Part shown: positions 53,501-64,000 of the stretch, in pieces
How the letters are laid out: the number at the start of each line of letters is the position of its first letter
Position numbering within the stretch: position 1 is the stretch's first letter
Assembly (NCBI RefSeq): GCF_000485595.1
Contig: NW_014577077.1
Coordinates: 952,291 to 1,016,290 of the forward strand
Length of the DNA: 64,000 nucleotides
From: Priapulus caudatus
Taxonomy: Eukaryota
Reading direction: 5' to 3'
Notes under the pieces: model-generated
What the model was told of the DNA's origin: nothing
Databases searched by the model: none
Seen by the model: the letters and a program-made list of their open reading frames with translations, nothing else
Made by a program: the position numbers and the translations under genes

Positions 53501-56500
53501 TGGGCACATAGGCATCAGTCTGGGACTGCAAGAAAAATACTAATAATAGCCAGTGAGCTACATTCTTGTTTGCATTTCCACAACAAAACTGAATGCCAAC
53601 TAGAAATTAAGGCATTTACAGACAAAGTTCAGTTGGAAATTGCGGCGAGCAAATTTTTGTTACCTAATACTTATGACATTTATGAGCGACTTACTGATCC
53701 CGGAATTGCTCTGCATTCGTAGCCTTGTTTTGAAGCTCAACTATCACATCCTTAAGCGCAGAGGGATCATCCTTGCGAAGTCCAAACCCAATTTCTACAG
53801 ACCGAAAGCTTTGCATCAATCAGTGAGACTACCATAGTCTAATGATGACATTACCGCCACAAAAGCACAAATATCAGGAAAATAACAGTGAAATTGAATG
53901 CAATCAACACACCATTGAAATTTAGCAGCATACATCACCCATGCGATGTTCAAACATGCTTGATACCGGTATTAAAATGATAACTGCATAAATTAATATG
54001 CAAGCAACAATAAAGATTTCATGACATTTTCCCATTATCTGCACCAATGAACAAGTGCCGCAGAGCGACAGCGCTCATCTAACGTCTACTGCGGTGACTC
54101 TGTGGTGGAGTGGTGGGATTCTAGTAAACCCTGTTAGTCCCAAATGTGTTCACATACACGCCGAAACAGTGGAATGCACAGGGATGGTATCAGGAACCTT
54201 CTCAAAGGAATGTTCGTTGGGATCGTTATGAAAGTTGCCACGAGATGGCGCGTACGTTTAAGTGTCTTCAGTCTTAAGATTAAAGATGGAAGCTCCCATC
54301 ATACGTAGTAGCAACAACTATTTGCAAGCCAGAATAGGTAAGCACTCATCCATTTACCTACGCAAGCCTACAGGCTGCAATAGAGAGCTGCCACCTGTAA
54401 CCAATTAACGCAGGCAAAAACTGCACCAACACATGCACTGGCAGCAGCCACTGGCAATGGCATACGTTACATGTAACATACTGACAGTACAGAATGACAT
54501 AGAAATTATACGATTTAAGGAACATACACCTTCTTTAACCAAATTTAGCTTTTGAAATTTCACTGTGACATTGTAGCCTCATACATCCAGGCATGTATAG
54601 ATTCTACTAGCAAACCCGGCAGTCAAATTCTTTCTAACAGACAGTCAACAAATCCAAGTTTAACCCTCCTCTTGAGGGTCAAAAGGTTATCCGACACTTA
54701 CTCTTCGCATGTCAGCAGAAGGGACATTTCATGGTCCTTTCAATAAAGCCATAAAAATGCTAGGTCACCGCTGAAACAAAAAAGTTTTTCAATCGCTCCG
54801 TCAGACCATGTCCTCAGAAAATGTCTAAAATCTGCCCTGTGCCCACTGACCTTTGACTTGTGACCTCCAATTTCGGCACAGTGATGGCTTTTCCTACCAT
54901 GATGCTATACACCGACTATCACGAGCCTAGGTCGAGCCGTTTAGATTTGTGCCGCAATTCTGCATTTCCTCCCTATACCTTAAGTTAAGGAGTGAATGTT
55001 CCCCCTTCTTTTACACCTCTTGACCTTTGACCTTTGACCCCCAGCTTCGACATCCCAACTCGTTTTGACGATCCCCCCCGATGTGCCGAATATCGTGACC
55101 GTACGTCGAGCGGTTAAGATTTGTGCCCAACTGTTGACGCACGGACGCACGGACGGACGGACGCACGGACGCACGGACGATCATGCGATTCTACAAGCTG
55201 CATCTGACTATGTCAGATGAGCTAAAAATTGTAGTCTAGGGTTACAGATAGGGGTACTGATCACATGTAATTTTTTCGTAGGACAGATAAACAATAAAGT
55301 TTCGATCACGTGCATCTTTGACTATTACGTTTTAGCAGCAGCAGTATCAACTCGATGTCCTTCCCTGTGAAGCTGTCCATGAGTTTACGCAGCAGGTCAA
55401 ACATCAGCTGACAGTGGACGACCTTGAAGTTGTAGAGGTTAGCAAACAGAGTAAGAACGTTGTCACACTCCTTGCCTTGGCCATAGTTCTCGCCCTGTGA
55501 GTACAACTCATCAAATCGCTTTGCCAACATCTGCAGAAAGTAGGCACCTGCAAATTGTCATCAAATTTGTATATTATCTTAACCGAGTCAACAAATTTCT
55601 TCTAGACAATGGTGCTCAACACACACAATTCTGTCAGTAACATGTTAGTACATAAAACCTAACATTTTGTTACTTACTCAATCAATGCATGTTTCGAGGA
55701 ATTTTAACAGAATTGTGAATATTACCATTGCTTTGTTATTCAGAATACTATTTTACAAAGACTGACGATTTTCATTTTATTTTTATTCTGTTGTGGGCAA
55801 ATGATACATAAAATGCTAGTGGTAGATATAATATAACATGTGTTATGATTACTTATAATAACAACACATTTTATGTGCATCACTAGCAATTTGTGTATCG
55901 CTACTAGCATTTCACCTAGACCAGGTGCTGATCAAGTCAATCATTAATTAATTAGTGGGGCAATTACTAATTTAATTAATTAATTACTAATTGGGGCAAA
56001 CATGTTGACTGCACTAACGTACCTACTTCACTGCCCACGTTGTGGTGCAGCACGGACACCAGCATGCTGTGTTCCATTGCTAGTCGCTCGGGCGTCTGCA
56101 CAGGACCCATGCAGGCGCTCTGCACGGTGGCGACCAGCGTCGTGTTCATGTCGTTCTTGCTGTGTGACAGGTACAGCTGCGCGACCTGCGCGCTAGTCGC
56201 CGCAATGTTGGATTCGCTCAGCCGGTTCAGCGATCCCTTCAGTTGCTTGTTCAGCTTCTCGATGGCCGCCTTGTGTTTGCCGTCGTCCGTCGTGCTCAGC
56301 AGCGCCCTCTTGCCGGGCGGAACGTACGAACCTTGCTCTCCTGTTACAACGTTGCCTTTCTTGTCACGCAGTCTGCCGTAGATGTCTTCAGTGTAGCTGT
56401 TGCTGCCTGATGCTTGCGTCCTAGTTTGTTTACTCTTATTTTGGTTAAAATTCGCCGTCTCGCCATCGTCACTATCACAGTCATCATTCTCACCAAAGTC

Positions 56501-59500
56501 CTCCTTATTGTTCGTGTTGCGAGGGGAACGATCCTCCTCCGAATCTTCAGCGAGAGAGGATTCATTTTGGGAACCTTCCCCATCACTGTCATAGTCTTTG
56601 TCGCTAGTGCCTTTCTTGCCCAACAATTCATCCCCATCCCAATCCTCTTCCCCATCCACAGACTCATCCTCATTCCCAGACTCTTCCCTGTCTATAGATT
56701 CATCCCCATCCATAGAGTCTTTACTGTCCATAGATTCACTCCCGTCACTATCCTCTTTGTCTTCCAGATCACCGCTTATCTTTCCTGTTGCTTTCAATTT
56801 CTTGCGAGGCAGCAGCTGGCTAGCTTCACCCTCACATAATCGCTTTTTCGTTTCTTTCTCTGTGTTGTGATCTGTCTGTACATCCTGTTTGTTGAGTTTA
56901 ACGCGACGACTTTGTTTATTGGACACCAATTCCTGGTGCGCGTTAGACTTCTCTCCTGACGCCTCACTTCCAGAATCTGCCTCATCTGAATATGCGTCAC
57001 CCAGCTTGCCTGCAAACCAACAGCAAAACATGCAATATTAGATAACAAATAAGAATTCATACACATCTTAGCATAGCGAGGTGCCCTTACTTGTTTGAAA
57101 TAGACATGTGCAGAAATGCAGAATTGATTTTCTATTGTTTACTTGAAAGACTATAACTGGAGTGCACTCTGATAATGGATGCACATTATCTACACGAATT
57201 TGCTGAAGAAGACACTATTTATATAGTGATACATATATATGTATGCTCATGTATTTGTGAAAACCTGAGAGAGCTAAGCAATTTTTGTATCTCATATGTG
57301 CATGAATTATCATCACTAATTTTTTAACATTATAGACCTACCTTTATTTTTCTTGCTCTCAAGCCAATTCACAAGATCAGACTCACTGTCAGAATCACCA
57401 ACAACAACTTTTTTACTTTTGTCTGGGTCACACAAATCTAGCAGATCTGTACCCCATCAGTCAAGAAATTAATCAGTAATACATCAATCTGACATCATGA
57501 GTATCTTGAACTTACTTTGGATGCATATATATAAATTATAATTCACGATATAATCCCTAGTCATACATGAAGGAGCAGATTTTCTATTACATCATTTAGT
57601 GATGAAGTCTTGCTCAAAAAGTTGAGCAAAACATTGCCCAAAAATATTTTGATGAAAGAACTAGCAGGTCCTAATAGTTTTAAGTTTAGATTGAAGTAGT
57701 TTTCATGCTAGTGCTTAAAAAGTGTAACTCTCTCGCAGTCTGGGCAATCTTCGGATGAAATTCTGGGGCCCAACATTATTTTTATTGACAAATACATGGG
57801 CAAAAAAGGCAAGTGTTAATTTTTAGGACTGGCATACCATATAATAATTACTTTATCTAAGGATACAATCAAGGCCATCGTTAATAAATGATGCTGGCAG
57901 CTTCTTCCGCTTCATCTTTAGACTTTTTTCGAGCTGCCGAATCACTTTGTCTTCTTGCTTGTTGATGAGTAAAAGATCCTGCTTCCTGTTATCAGCCTGG
58001 ATAAATAAAGAAATATTTTCGTTACAGGGGTGGATGATGAGAAAGTCATGAAAGTTAATGAAGACATGAAACAATTGGGTGCCTGCCCACACAACAATCA
58101 ATACAGCAGCTCACCACTCTATATGCCAATATCAGCAGTTAGTGCATTACATGCTGGCTATGTAAAACACCCACTGTTGATTATAATTGTTTGCAGGGCG
58201 CGACAAACCCGCTTGCCCGATGGCCTGGGGCAACCAAAATATGCCCCCGGGCAAGTAGCTTGAAATTGCACTGGCCCATTCGGGCAACAAGTTTTTTTAT
58301 TGAATGTCTAGACAGTAGACTAATGATATTTTTCTGTTTCCACCTGTCCCTTGCATTGTTTTGCACAGAAGCTGCGTTGCTGCGACGAGATTTCAATGAA
58401 AAAAAAACACAATGCGAATGGAACAATCAGTGCATACAGTTATCTATAACTATATATCCCCTTGGGTTTGGGTTACATTATTGTATCTAACGCAATATTA
58501 ATATGCAAACAGCAACATGTAAACCCGGCCCCCAGGCCAGGCATTGTCGTTACGTGATCAGCTACATCAAATGTTTGCCCCTCTACTGCAGCCTGTGAAC
58601 GAGGATTTTCTTTGCTGAAGTACACAAAAACAGATATATACACTGTATACTGCGCTGTCAGTCTATTATTAGGCGCGTTCACACTGGCGCGAATAAGCGG
58701 GATGCAAATCCCGGTTTTTCAATCGCGATCGAAATACCGAGATTATTACAAGTGTGAACACAATAATACCCACTAATAATCGCGATCAGCATCGCGCTCC
58801 AAATCGCACTTTTGACTACGATTATTTGGAATAAGCGCGATTATTTTCGTGTGTGAACGCTCGCTTTGGAATAAGCACGATTATTTGCGTGTGTGAACGC
58901 TCGCGCAAATAATCCCGGTATTTTCTATCCCATCATTCCAAGCGAGTGAGCAGCGAGCATGCGCAGTGAGCATCATTCCGGCAGTGAGCATGCGCAGTTC
59001 TATTAATAGAATTATCCCGCTCGGCGATTAGCGCGATTATTCGCCTGTGTGAACAACGACACATTTATCCCGGTATTTCATAGCGATTAGCATCCCGGTT
59101 TTTCTTGTGTGTGAACGCGCCTATTATTGCATGCATGCACCACTAATCTCTGCGTGATCCAGACCTAAATAAAATTGAACATATTTTATTAATTTATTGT
59201 GAGAGTGGTGGGTTTTTGATAATAAACTGACACTTAAAAAAATTAAAAAATTAAAACACTGCGAGCTGTGTCATAGCATGAATATATTTTGTTATAATAT
59301 AATATATCATACAATATGGCTTGCGTATGTATGACGTAAAACGCGCGCAATATGGTTTTGATTTCTACGTGCGTGTCGTTCAGGTGCGGCAGCCTACATT
59401 TTTCCTTACAATTTTTTTTAATGAAATATGTGGAGGTCCGTGGTTGTGGTGGCCCCTGGTTGTGGAGGCCCCTGGGCCAGTCCCTCGCCCCTGGCTGGTT

Positions 59501-61243
59501 GCCAATTGTTCCTGGTTCCTTCTTTTCTGCATGCTAGAGGCAGCTAGGTTGTCTTCAACAGTTTGATGCAACTAATGCAGTGGCTCGTTGGTTGAGGGAT
59601 GGCAATCGCCATGTAGCGACAAACAAACAAAACTAGTCTCAAGCTGCCATTCTCATCTATACTATAATTTGGCTAATCTTGTGTGTGTGTGTGTGTGTGT
59701 GTGTGTTTGTTTGTCCTCGCTTTTCGCCCTGATTTGTCACTCAATCGCGCTAACTGAAGATATATTCAGAATCACCACGTCTGGGAGATGGTTCTGGCTG
59801 AGAACAAAATTTAAAAAAGTTTAAGTATTAAGTATTAAGTCAAAAATTCAAAAAAATGCTATTCGTCAATAGATGGCAGTGCGTACAGCAGATCCACATC
59901 ACATACGTAGGGGCCGCCGTATGAGCATATTCAGAATCACCACGTCTGGGAGATGGTTCTGGCTCAAACAAAAATAGATGGTGCTACGTCTCAGATTCCC
60001 CCCCCCCCCCTACTGCAGATTCCCCCTGCTCACTCTGCTTTGACGTACACCGTACTGACACAGTAGTCAGTGGCCAGTAGCTGTGCCAGTGTTCTGTTGT
60101 ACCCAGTGCAGTGTTTTCTTTTCAGTTACATGAAATATTTAACTTTATCTGTGTCACTTACATGGAGTTTATATTTAAAGACAACATTTGCTGGTTCTAC
60201 GGGTATACTTTCTGCTAGTAATGCATAAAGCACTCATGCAGGCCTGCACTCATGGCTCTCATCTAAAGTGTACCATTTGGCATTTCTTTTTTATGCTGTG
60301 ATGTTGAGTAGAGTGAGGTGATGTTTGTATTGACATAGTACTACATGCTATATATGGCCTTTTCAGGCTTTTCATTGCCTTTGTCTTTCAGCAATATTTT
60401 TTTTACTAAAGTGTTTATACCTGTTTGGTGCTATATAAAGGGAATCAAGTTTTGTGTGCTGTTTCTTGTATCGTGACTACCTTTGAACCGGGCTCTTGAA
60501 ACCATTTAAATTCATAATAGAAAAAATCGTATGTATTTCTTTGTTTTTCGGGGAAGTGACTTTTGCCTTCGGGCAACCAGTTTCATAACCCACTTGCCCG
60601 ACCGGGCAAGTGGGGAAATTTTTTTTTGTAGCACCCTGTTGTTTGGATATTGCACTTTTTGCTGTGTGTCTGCCAAATTTTCTGGGACATTATGCTGAAA
60701 ATATATAGTAATTCTGCAAAGCCATGCTCTGGAACAAACTGCATGGTATAGAGCAGAATTTCCAGAGACTGACATATGGATGTACCGTATATGATCACGT
60801 AATAACCGCAAATTTGGCCTCAGATTTCAACCCTGTATTTGCTCTGCGGTTTATAAGTGCGCCATACCGTGAGGGGAAATGAACTAGGCGCAATACTTGG
60901 TTACCCGATTCAAATTGAGGTGCGACTTATAGGCGCCAGCGGTTATTACGCGATCATATACGGTACTCGTGCATTTGTCAAAACAGAGGTCCAATAATAA
61001 ATCAGTATTTGACTATAGACTTGCGCTAGTTTCAAACTATCATAATATATTTGTACTTCATTTCTTTTAACAGCTATAGTTGCATCTAAAACTTACTAAG
61101 ATACGCACCTCAACATTGACCTCCTTCTGCTTCTCCTTTTTGTTATTCTTTATACGCTTCTTCTTCTCTCTCTTCTTTTGCTTTCGGGTCTCTAGCTTTT
61201 CTTTGATAAGTGCTTCCTTTTCTTCTTTCAATTTGCTTGGCAT
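50300..61243 (-). CDS. NOM1: Nucleolar MIF4G domain-containing protein 1 (NOM1/Sgd1); 11 coding exons, 861 aa from ATG 61243
   Basis: Exons 61243-61109, 57996-57867, 57446-57387, 57009-56023, 55547-55329, 53794-53695, 53263-53025, 52267-52143, 51670-51506, 51227-51096 and 50593-50300 join in frame (2586 nt). Recognisable NOM1 motifs: DGLDYLL, EDIYGR, YVPP, LNRLSESN, LYNFKVV, LRKDDPSALK, RVKFMLE..KNN, GRWWVVGSA, QRMNTDVRRNVFC, DYLDAFEKLL, QEKSYNPFYA, LREGLRLFL. Confidence 0.95.
51096..51227 (-). CDS. NOM1: NOM1 exon 10
   Basis: MMTQFYLWDKFKEIGNLSELQAGNLAKTLVFLIATKSLSLAVFK |GTaggg. Confidence 0.92.
51506..51670 (-). CDS. NOM1: NOM1 exon 9 (MA3)
   Basis: DYLDAFEKLLRLGLKNQQEKEMVNIAMHCAVQEKSYNPFYAHLLRKLCAHDRKFM. 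Confidence 0.93.
52143..52267 (-). CDS. NOM1: NOM1 exon 8 (start of MA3/MI domain)
   Basis: (V)SEEAPVSVVSEATGRVLELARQQRMNTDVRRNVFCVIMMSE |GTgagt. Confidence 0.92.
53025..53263 (-). CDS. NOM1: NOM1 exon 7
   Basis: SRVKFMLEVILAIKNNNMRKIPNYD...GRWWVVGSALRDQQDAQP. Confidence 0.93.
53695..53794 (-). CDS. NOM1: NOM1 exon 6
   Basis: (Q)IGFGLRKDDPSALKDVIVELQNKATNAEQFRD ca|GTaagt. Confidence 0.92.
54050..55228 (-). mobile_element. Helentron/HINE-like element, copy 2 (uninterrupted), in a NOM1 intron
   Basis: aacaagtgccgcagagcgacagcgctcatct ... (ggac)n ... catctgactatgtcagatgagctaaaaa. Confidence 0.75.
55329..55547 (-). CDS. NOM1: NOM1 exon 5 (MIF4G)
   Basis: (G)AYFLQMLAKRFDELY...KECDNVLTLFANLYNFKVVH...DIELILLLLK. 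Confidence 0.93.
56023..57009 (-). CDS. NOM1: NOM1 exon 4 (acidic region and start of MIF4G)
   Basis: Within the 351-aa ORF 55976-57031; EDIYGRLRD, YVPPGKR, LKGSLNRLSESN, LHHNVGSEV g|GTacgt. Confidence 0.93.
57387..57446 (-). CDS. NOM1: NOM1 exon 3 (60 nt)
   Basis: tacAG| (Y)LLDLCDPDKSKKVVVGDSD a|GTgagt; completes the conserved DGLDY(I/L)L. Confidence 0.85.
57447..57866 (-). other. U12-type (minor spliceosome) GT-AG intron in NOM1
   Basis: 5' splice site GTATCCTTAG; branch-site-like TTTCTTGAC at 57468-57460, with its A ~14 nt from the 3' end; no polypyrimidine tract (tgatggggtacAG). Confidence 0.85.
57867..57996 (-). CDS. NOM1: NOM1 exon 2
   Basis: ccAG| ADNRKQDLLLINKQEDKVIRQLEKSLKMKRKKLPASFINDGLD t|GTATCCTT (U12-type donor). 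Confidence 0.92.
58671..59122. mobile_element. PIF/Harbinger-like MITE
   Basis: att|aggcgcgttcacac ... gtgtgaacgcgcct|att; internal gtgtgaac repeats. Confidence 0.8.
59656..60218 (+). mobile_element. Non-autonomous Helitron
   Basis: A|TCTATACTATAA...(GT)n(GTTT)n ... acgggtatactttctgCTAG|T; no TSD; internal ~38-bp duplication near 59762 and 59927. Confidence 0.7.
60785..60963. mobile_element. Tc1/mariner (pogo-like) MITE
   Basis: TA|ccgtatatgatcacgtaataaccgc ... gcggttattacgcgatcatatacgg|TA. Confidence 0.85.
61109..61243 (-). CDS. NOM1: NOM1 first recognised coding exon (Lys/Glu-rich)
   Basis: ttttcAG| MPSKLKEEKEALIKEKLETRKQKKREKKKRIKNNKKEKQKEVNVE |GTgcgt; the ATG follows an acceptor directly, so an upstream exon probably exists. 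Confidence 0.8.
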
Positions 61244-61420
61244 CTGAAAAATATCAGGATTTGTATCATATGTATTATCTTGTTTGTGTCATGAATAGTT
61301 TAATTTCTTCTCTTGTGTGTAGTAATATGGTGGTGTCATCACTGAGTGATGAAAACCTCATCAGTGATCAGCATTTAAATGCTGTTAGAGATCTGGATCT
61401 GGATCTGGATAGTTTATTAC

Positions 61421-61844
61421 CAGGGTTCTCCCTACGTTGCGCAAACGGGGCGCGTTTGGGAAAACTCCCCCCTGTTTCAATTGTTGCGCCCTGTTTAAAA
61501 TACCTCCGCCCCGATTAAATTCCACCACAATAAAAGTTTGCCAGCGAGGGAATCGATCGTCAAGAATTCCCATTCGACCAAGACAACCGGCATGTGTATT
61601 TTTACCGTGCCACGCATGCACTGCAGACAATACACAAGTACAAACAGTCAACCTGTCCCACACCCAACACTAACTGTACACAGACTCGGCTATCTTATAT
61701 ATACAAGAACCCCAAATACCGTCTATGGTGTGGTGACGATTTTACGCATTAATTAGTGGTACGGTAAAAAAACACGCCCCCCGGACCGCCCTAGTTTCCC
61801 CCCTCCCTTCCCCCCGTTTGAATTTCATCCTGGGGAGAACCCTG
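61421..61844. mobile_element. CAGGG-terminated MITE (hAT-like)
   Basis: cagggttctccc ... gggagaaccctg; no clear TSD. Confidence 0.6.
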
Positions 61845-64000
61845 ACTACGTAGCCCACTGTTACGTGGATAATAACGCAAGGATCGACATTTGTTAAGGA
61901 ATAAACGTCCAGGGATATAGCTAGCCATGGGGTGTGACTAGCTAGCTTGGGTAAAGATAGGTAGTTGGCCTTTTTAGCCGATGCAGGTAGTGTGTTATAT
62001 ATAGCCACCTCAAGAGGCCTCCAACATCTACGTATAGGCATTTTTCAGATCTTCAAATTAATCCAATGCGCAATGTATATCATGCGCAATGTGGCCATAT
62101 GGGTTCAAGAATAGAGAACATGCATGGGTCCCAATCAAACCAATTCGGTTGGCGCGGAGCGTACAAGAAAATTTTTGGTTTTACAAACCCCCCAGATGGC
62201 CGGAAACGGCCCTTCCCGAGTGTTCATTCTGGTTCCCTGACCTCTTGCCTAACTTGAGAACACCTTATTAATATCACTTTTAACCCAATAAACACAAACG
62301 AGTTAATAAATAGTGTTAGCGAAGGCGAGTTAAAATGTTAACAAAACTGAACGAAGATCGGATCTAGTCTTGGTTTTCGCGCGGTAGGTGTTGAATAAAC
62401 GGCACGCGATAGAATGACAGCCGTAGACGATCTGCAGCCGGATATCGCGCGAACGCCGCGCAAATCTCCGCCCCTTATTGCCAATTTACGCTGCCTCTGC
62501 CAACGCCAGCTACTCAGGCTCTTTCTAGAGAGGTGAAAGCCGGCTTTTCGCTGATGAGGCGAGTTTCTGCCCATCTCGCAGAGGAGTCGCAGCAACCCAG
62601 TTAAGGTAGACGACTGGCTAGAATGCTCCTCAATTTTCTTGTCAGACACTTACGCGCCCCCTCGGCCTTCTCTTTGCCTGTAATAACAGGGGCAGATTTT
62701 TTGTTCAACATTGTAACAATATATAGCGCTGATCGGCTAGCGTTGAGCTGGCTGAGGTTAGAGATCCGATTATAGGAAACAATTACACATGCGTTCGCGC
62801 CTATTCGTGAATAATCAGTTTACAGTTAGTTTCATTGTCCACTCTTATCTGCTATTGTACATCTCTGCCATAGTTACACTCCTCATCAAACTAAAGATTT
62901 CAACCATGGTGCCCGCAGAAGTCTGCCTAAACTGTGACAGTGGGAAGCGTTGAACTGTAAGTGTTCCGTAAGAATCACGTGGAAAGTTCCGCGATGTCCG
63001 ACTCGGACGGCCCAAGGATCAGAGAACATGAGTCCCATCGAACCAATGCTGCCTCGTACTCGTGATTCTACACAGGCACCATATATATTATGTATCTAAC
63101 ACGAGTCCCCAATGCGAGATCGAGAATTGTATCTCACTATCGAATATTCTATTATTCAAGTACATGTAAATAATTACTAGAGAGTACTAGCTAGTAATAC
63201 TAAGAGTACCAGGCGACTACTACAAGTATCTAGTACTGATACTAGTGACTACCAGCCAGCTAATATGGACAAACTGTGTTACGGTACAGTAAGTAGTAAT
63301 ATTAATAATGACAGGATCCTGTTTATCAGTCCGTGTTAAGCCAAATTTTGTTGACACGGGGCCGCTGTGCCAATTAAGCACGCAAAAGTTGGTACAATGG
63401 CTCCTTAGATGGAACAAAATCATTCTGCAGGTATGTGCCGACCTACGACTTCGGTTAGGATTTTTCAAGATGGCGCGCCACCACATTATCAACAAATCCC
63501 TTATGTACTATAATGGAAACTAAAGCATATACAAAGACGAAACCAGTGTCTAACCCACTATTTCAGGGTCAACGAATGTGATGCATAGGCTACTTTTATA
63601 GCGGGTCGATGTCATATTTGGCCATATTGCCAATTGCGCAAATACAAAATCAATGTCTCCGCCATTATAAAAATATAACCGTTTTCACAATAACTTAAAA
63701 CAAAAGAGTTAGAGACGAGCAACGAGTGTCCATATCCAAACTATTGCAATGGTCAGCAATGTGATTTAACTGTTTTAGGATGACAAGTCCACTATGTGGC
63801 CATACTTGCGCCATATTGCAAAATGGATGCTGCCTCGCATTATCAAAAGTGACCGTTTACAATTGAGATTCAACGCTCACAGATTTGTAGAGGGCAGTAA
63901 TGTCTACATCCCCTATCCTATTGAGTCTCACGCTGGAATGAAACTAGTTTATAGCGGACTTGATGATATATTTGGCCATATTTGTCCATATATGACCATT

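Larger units (their letters stand above)
58194..60638. mobile_element. ~2.4-kb CAGGG-terminated non-autonomous transposon (P- or hAT-like) with nested elements
   Basis: TTGTTTG|cagggcgcgacaaa ... tttgtagcaccctg|TTGTTTG; subterminal cgggcaa/ttgcccg repeats at both ends. Confidence 0.75.

Noticed and set aside
62338..62649. 103-aa minus-strand ORF as the NOM1 N-terminus
   Set aside because: It has a non-ATG start, no resemblance to NOM1, and no in-frame donor to the 61243 exon that I could identify.

Overview
This is eukaryotic (animal, probably invertebrate) draft-assembly DNA, rich in microsatellites and non-autonomous DNA transposons, with two N-gaps (8414-8626, 12259-13042). It holds two convergent spliced genes, both rebuilt here by hand from GT-AG sites and frame/phase continuity. 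(1) On +, a Cordon-bleu (COBL/COBLL1)-like gene: 13 coding exons from 1353 to 43509, 5' end outside the window, about 1422 aa visible, with a ~29.9-kb intron. It encodes ubiquitin-like Cobl-homology domains, three K/R-rich APxP (KRAP-like) motifs, a 15-aa repeat block and three WH2-like modules that each end at a phase-0 intron. (2) On -, NOM1/Sgd1 (nucleolar MIF4G/MA3 protein): 11 coding exons from 61243 to 50300, 861 aa from the ATG at 61243. The most notable signals are a textbook U12-type (minor spliceosome) intron in NOM1 (57866-57447), splice-dependent completion of the WH2 LKKV motif in the Cobl-like gene, a family of tiny TA-flanked hairpin elements, and several resolvable nested transposon insertions. 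No CRISPR array, transposase or prokaryote-type system was found. Most ORFs in the supplied track are microsatellite artefacts.
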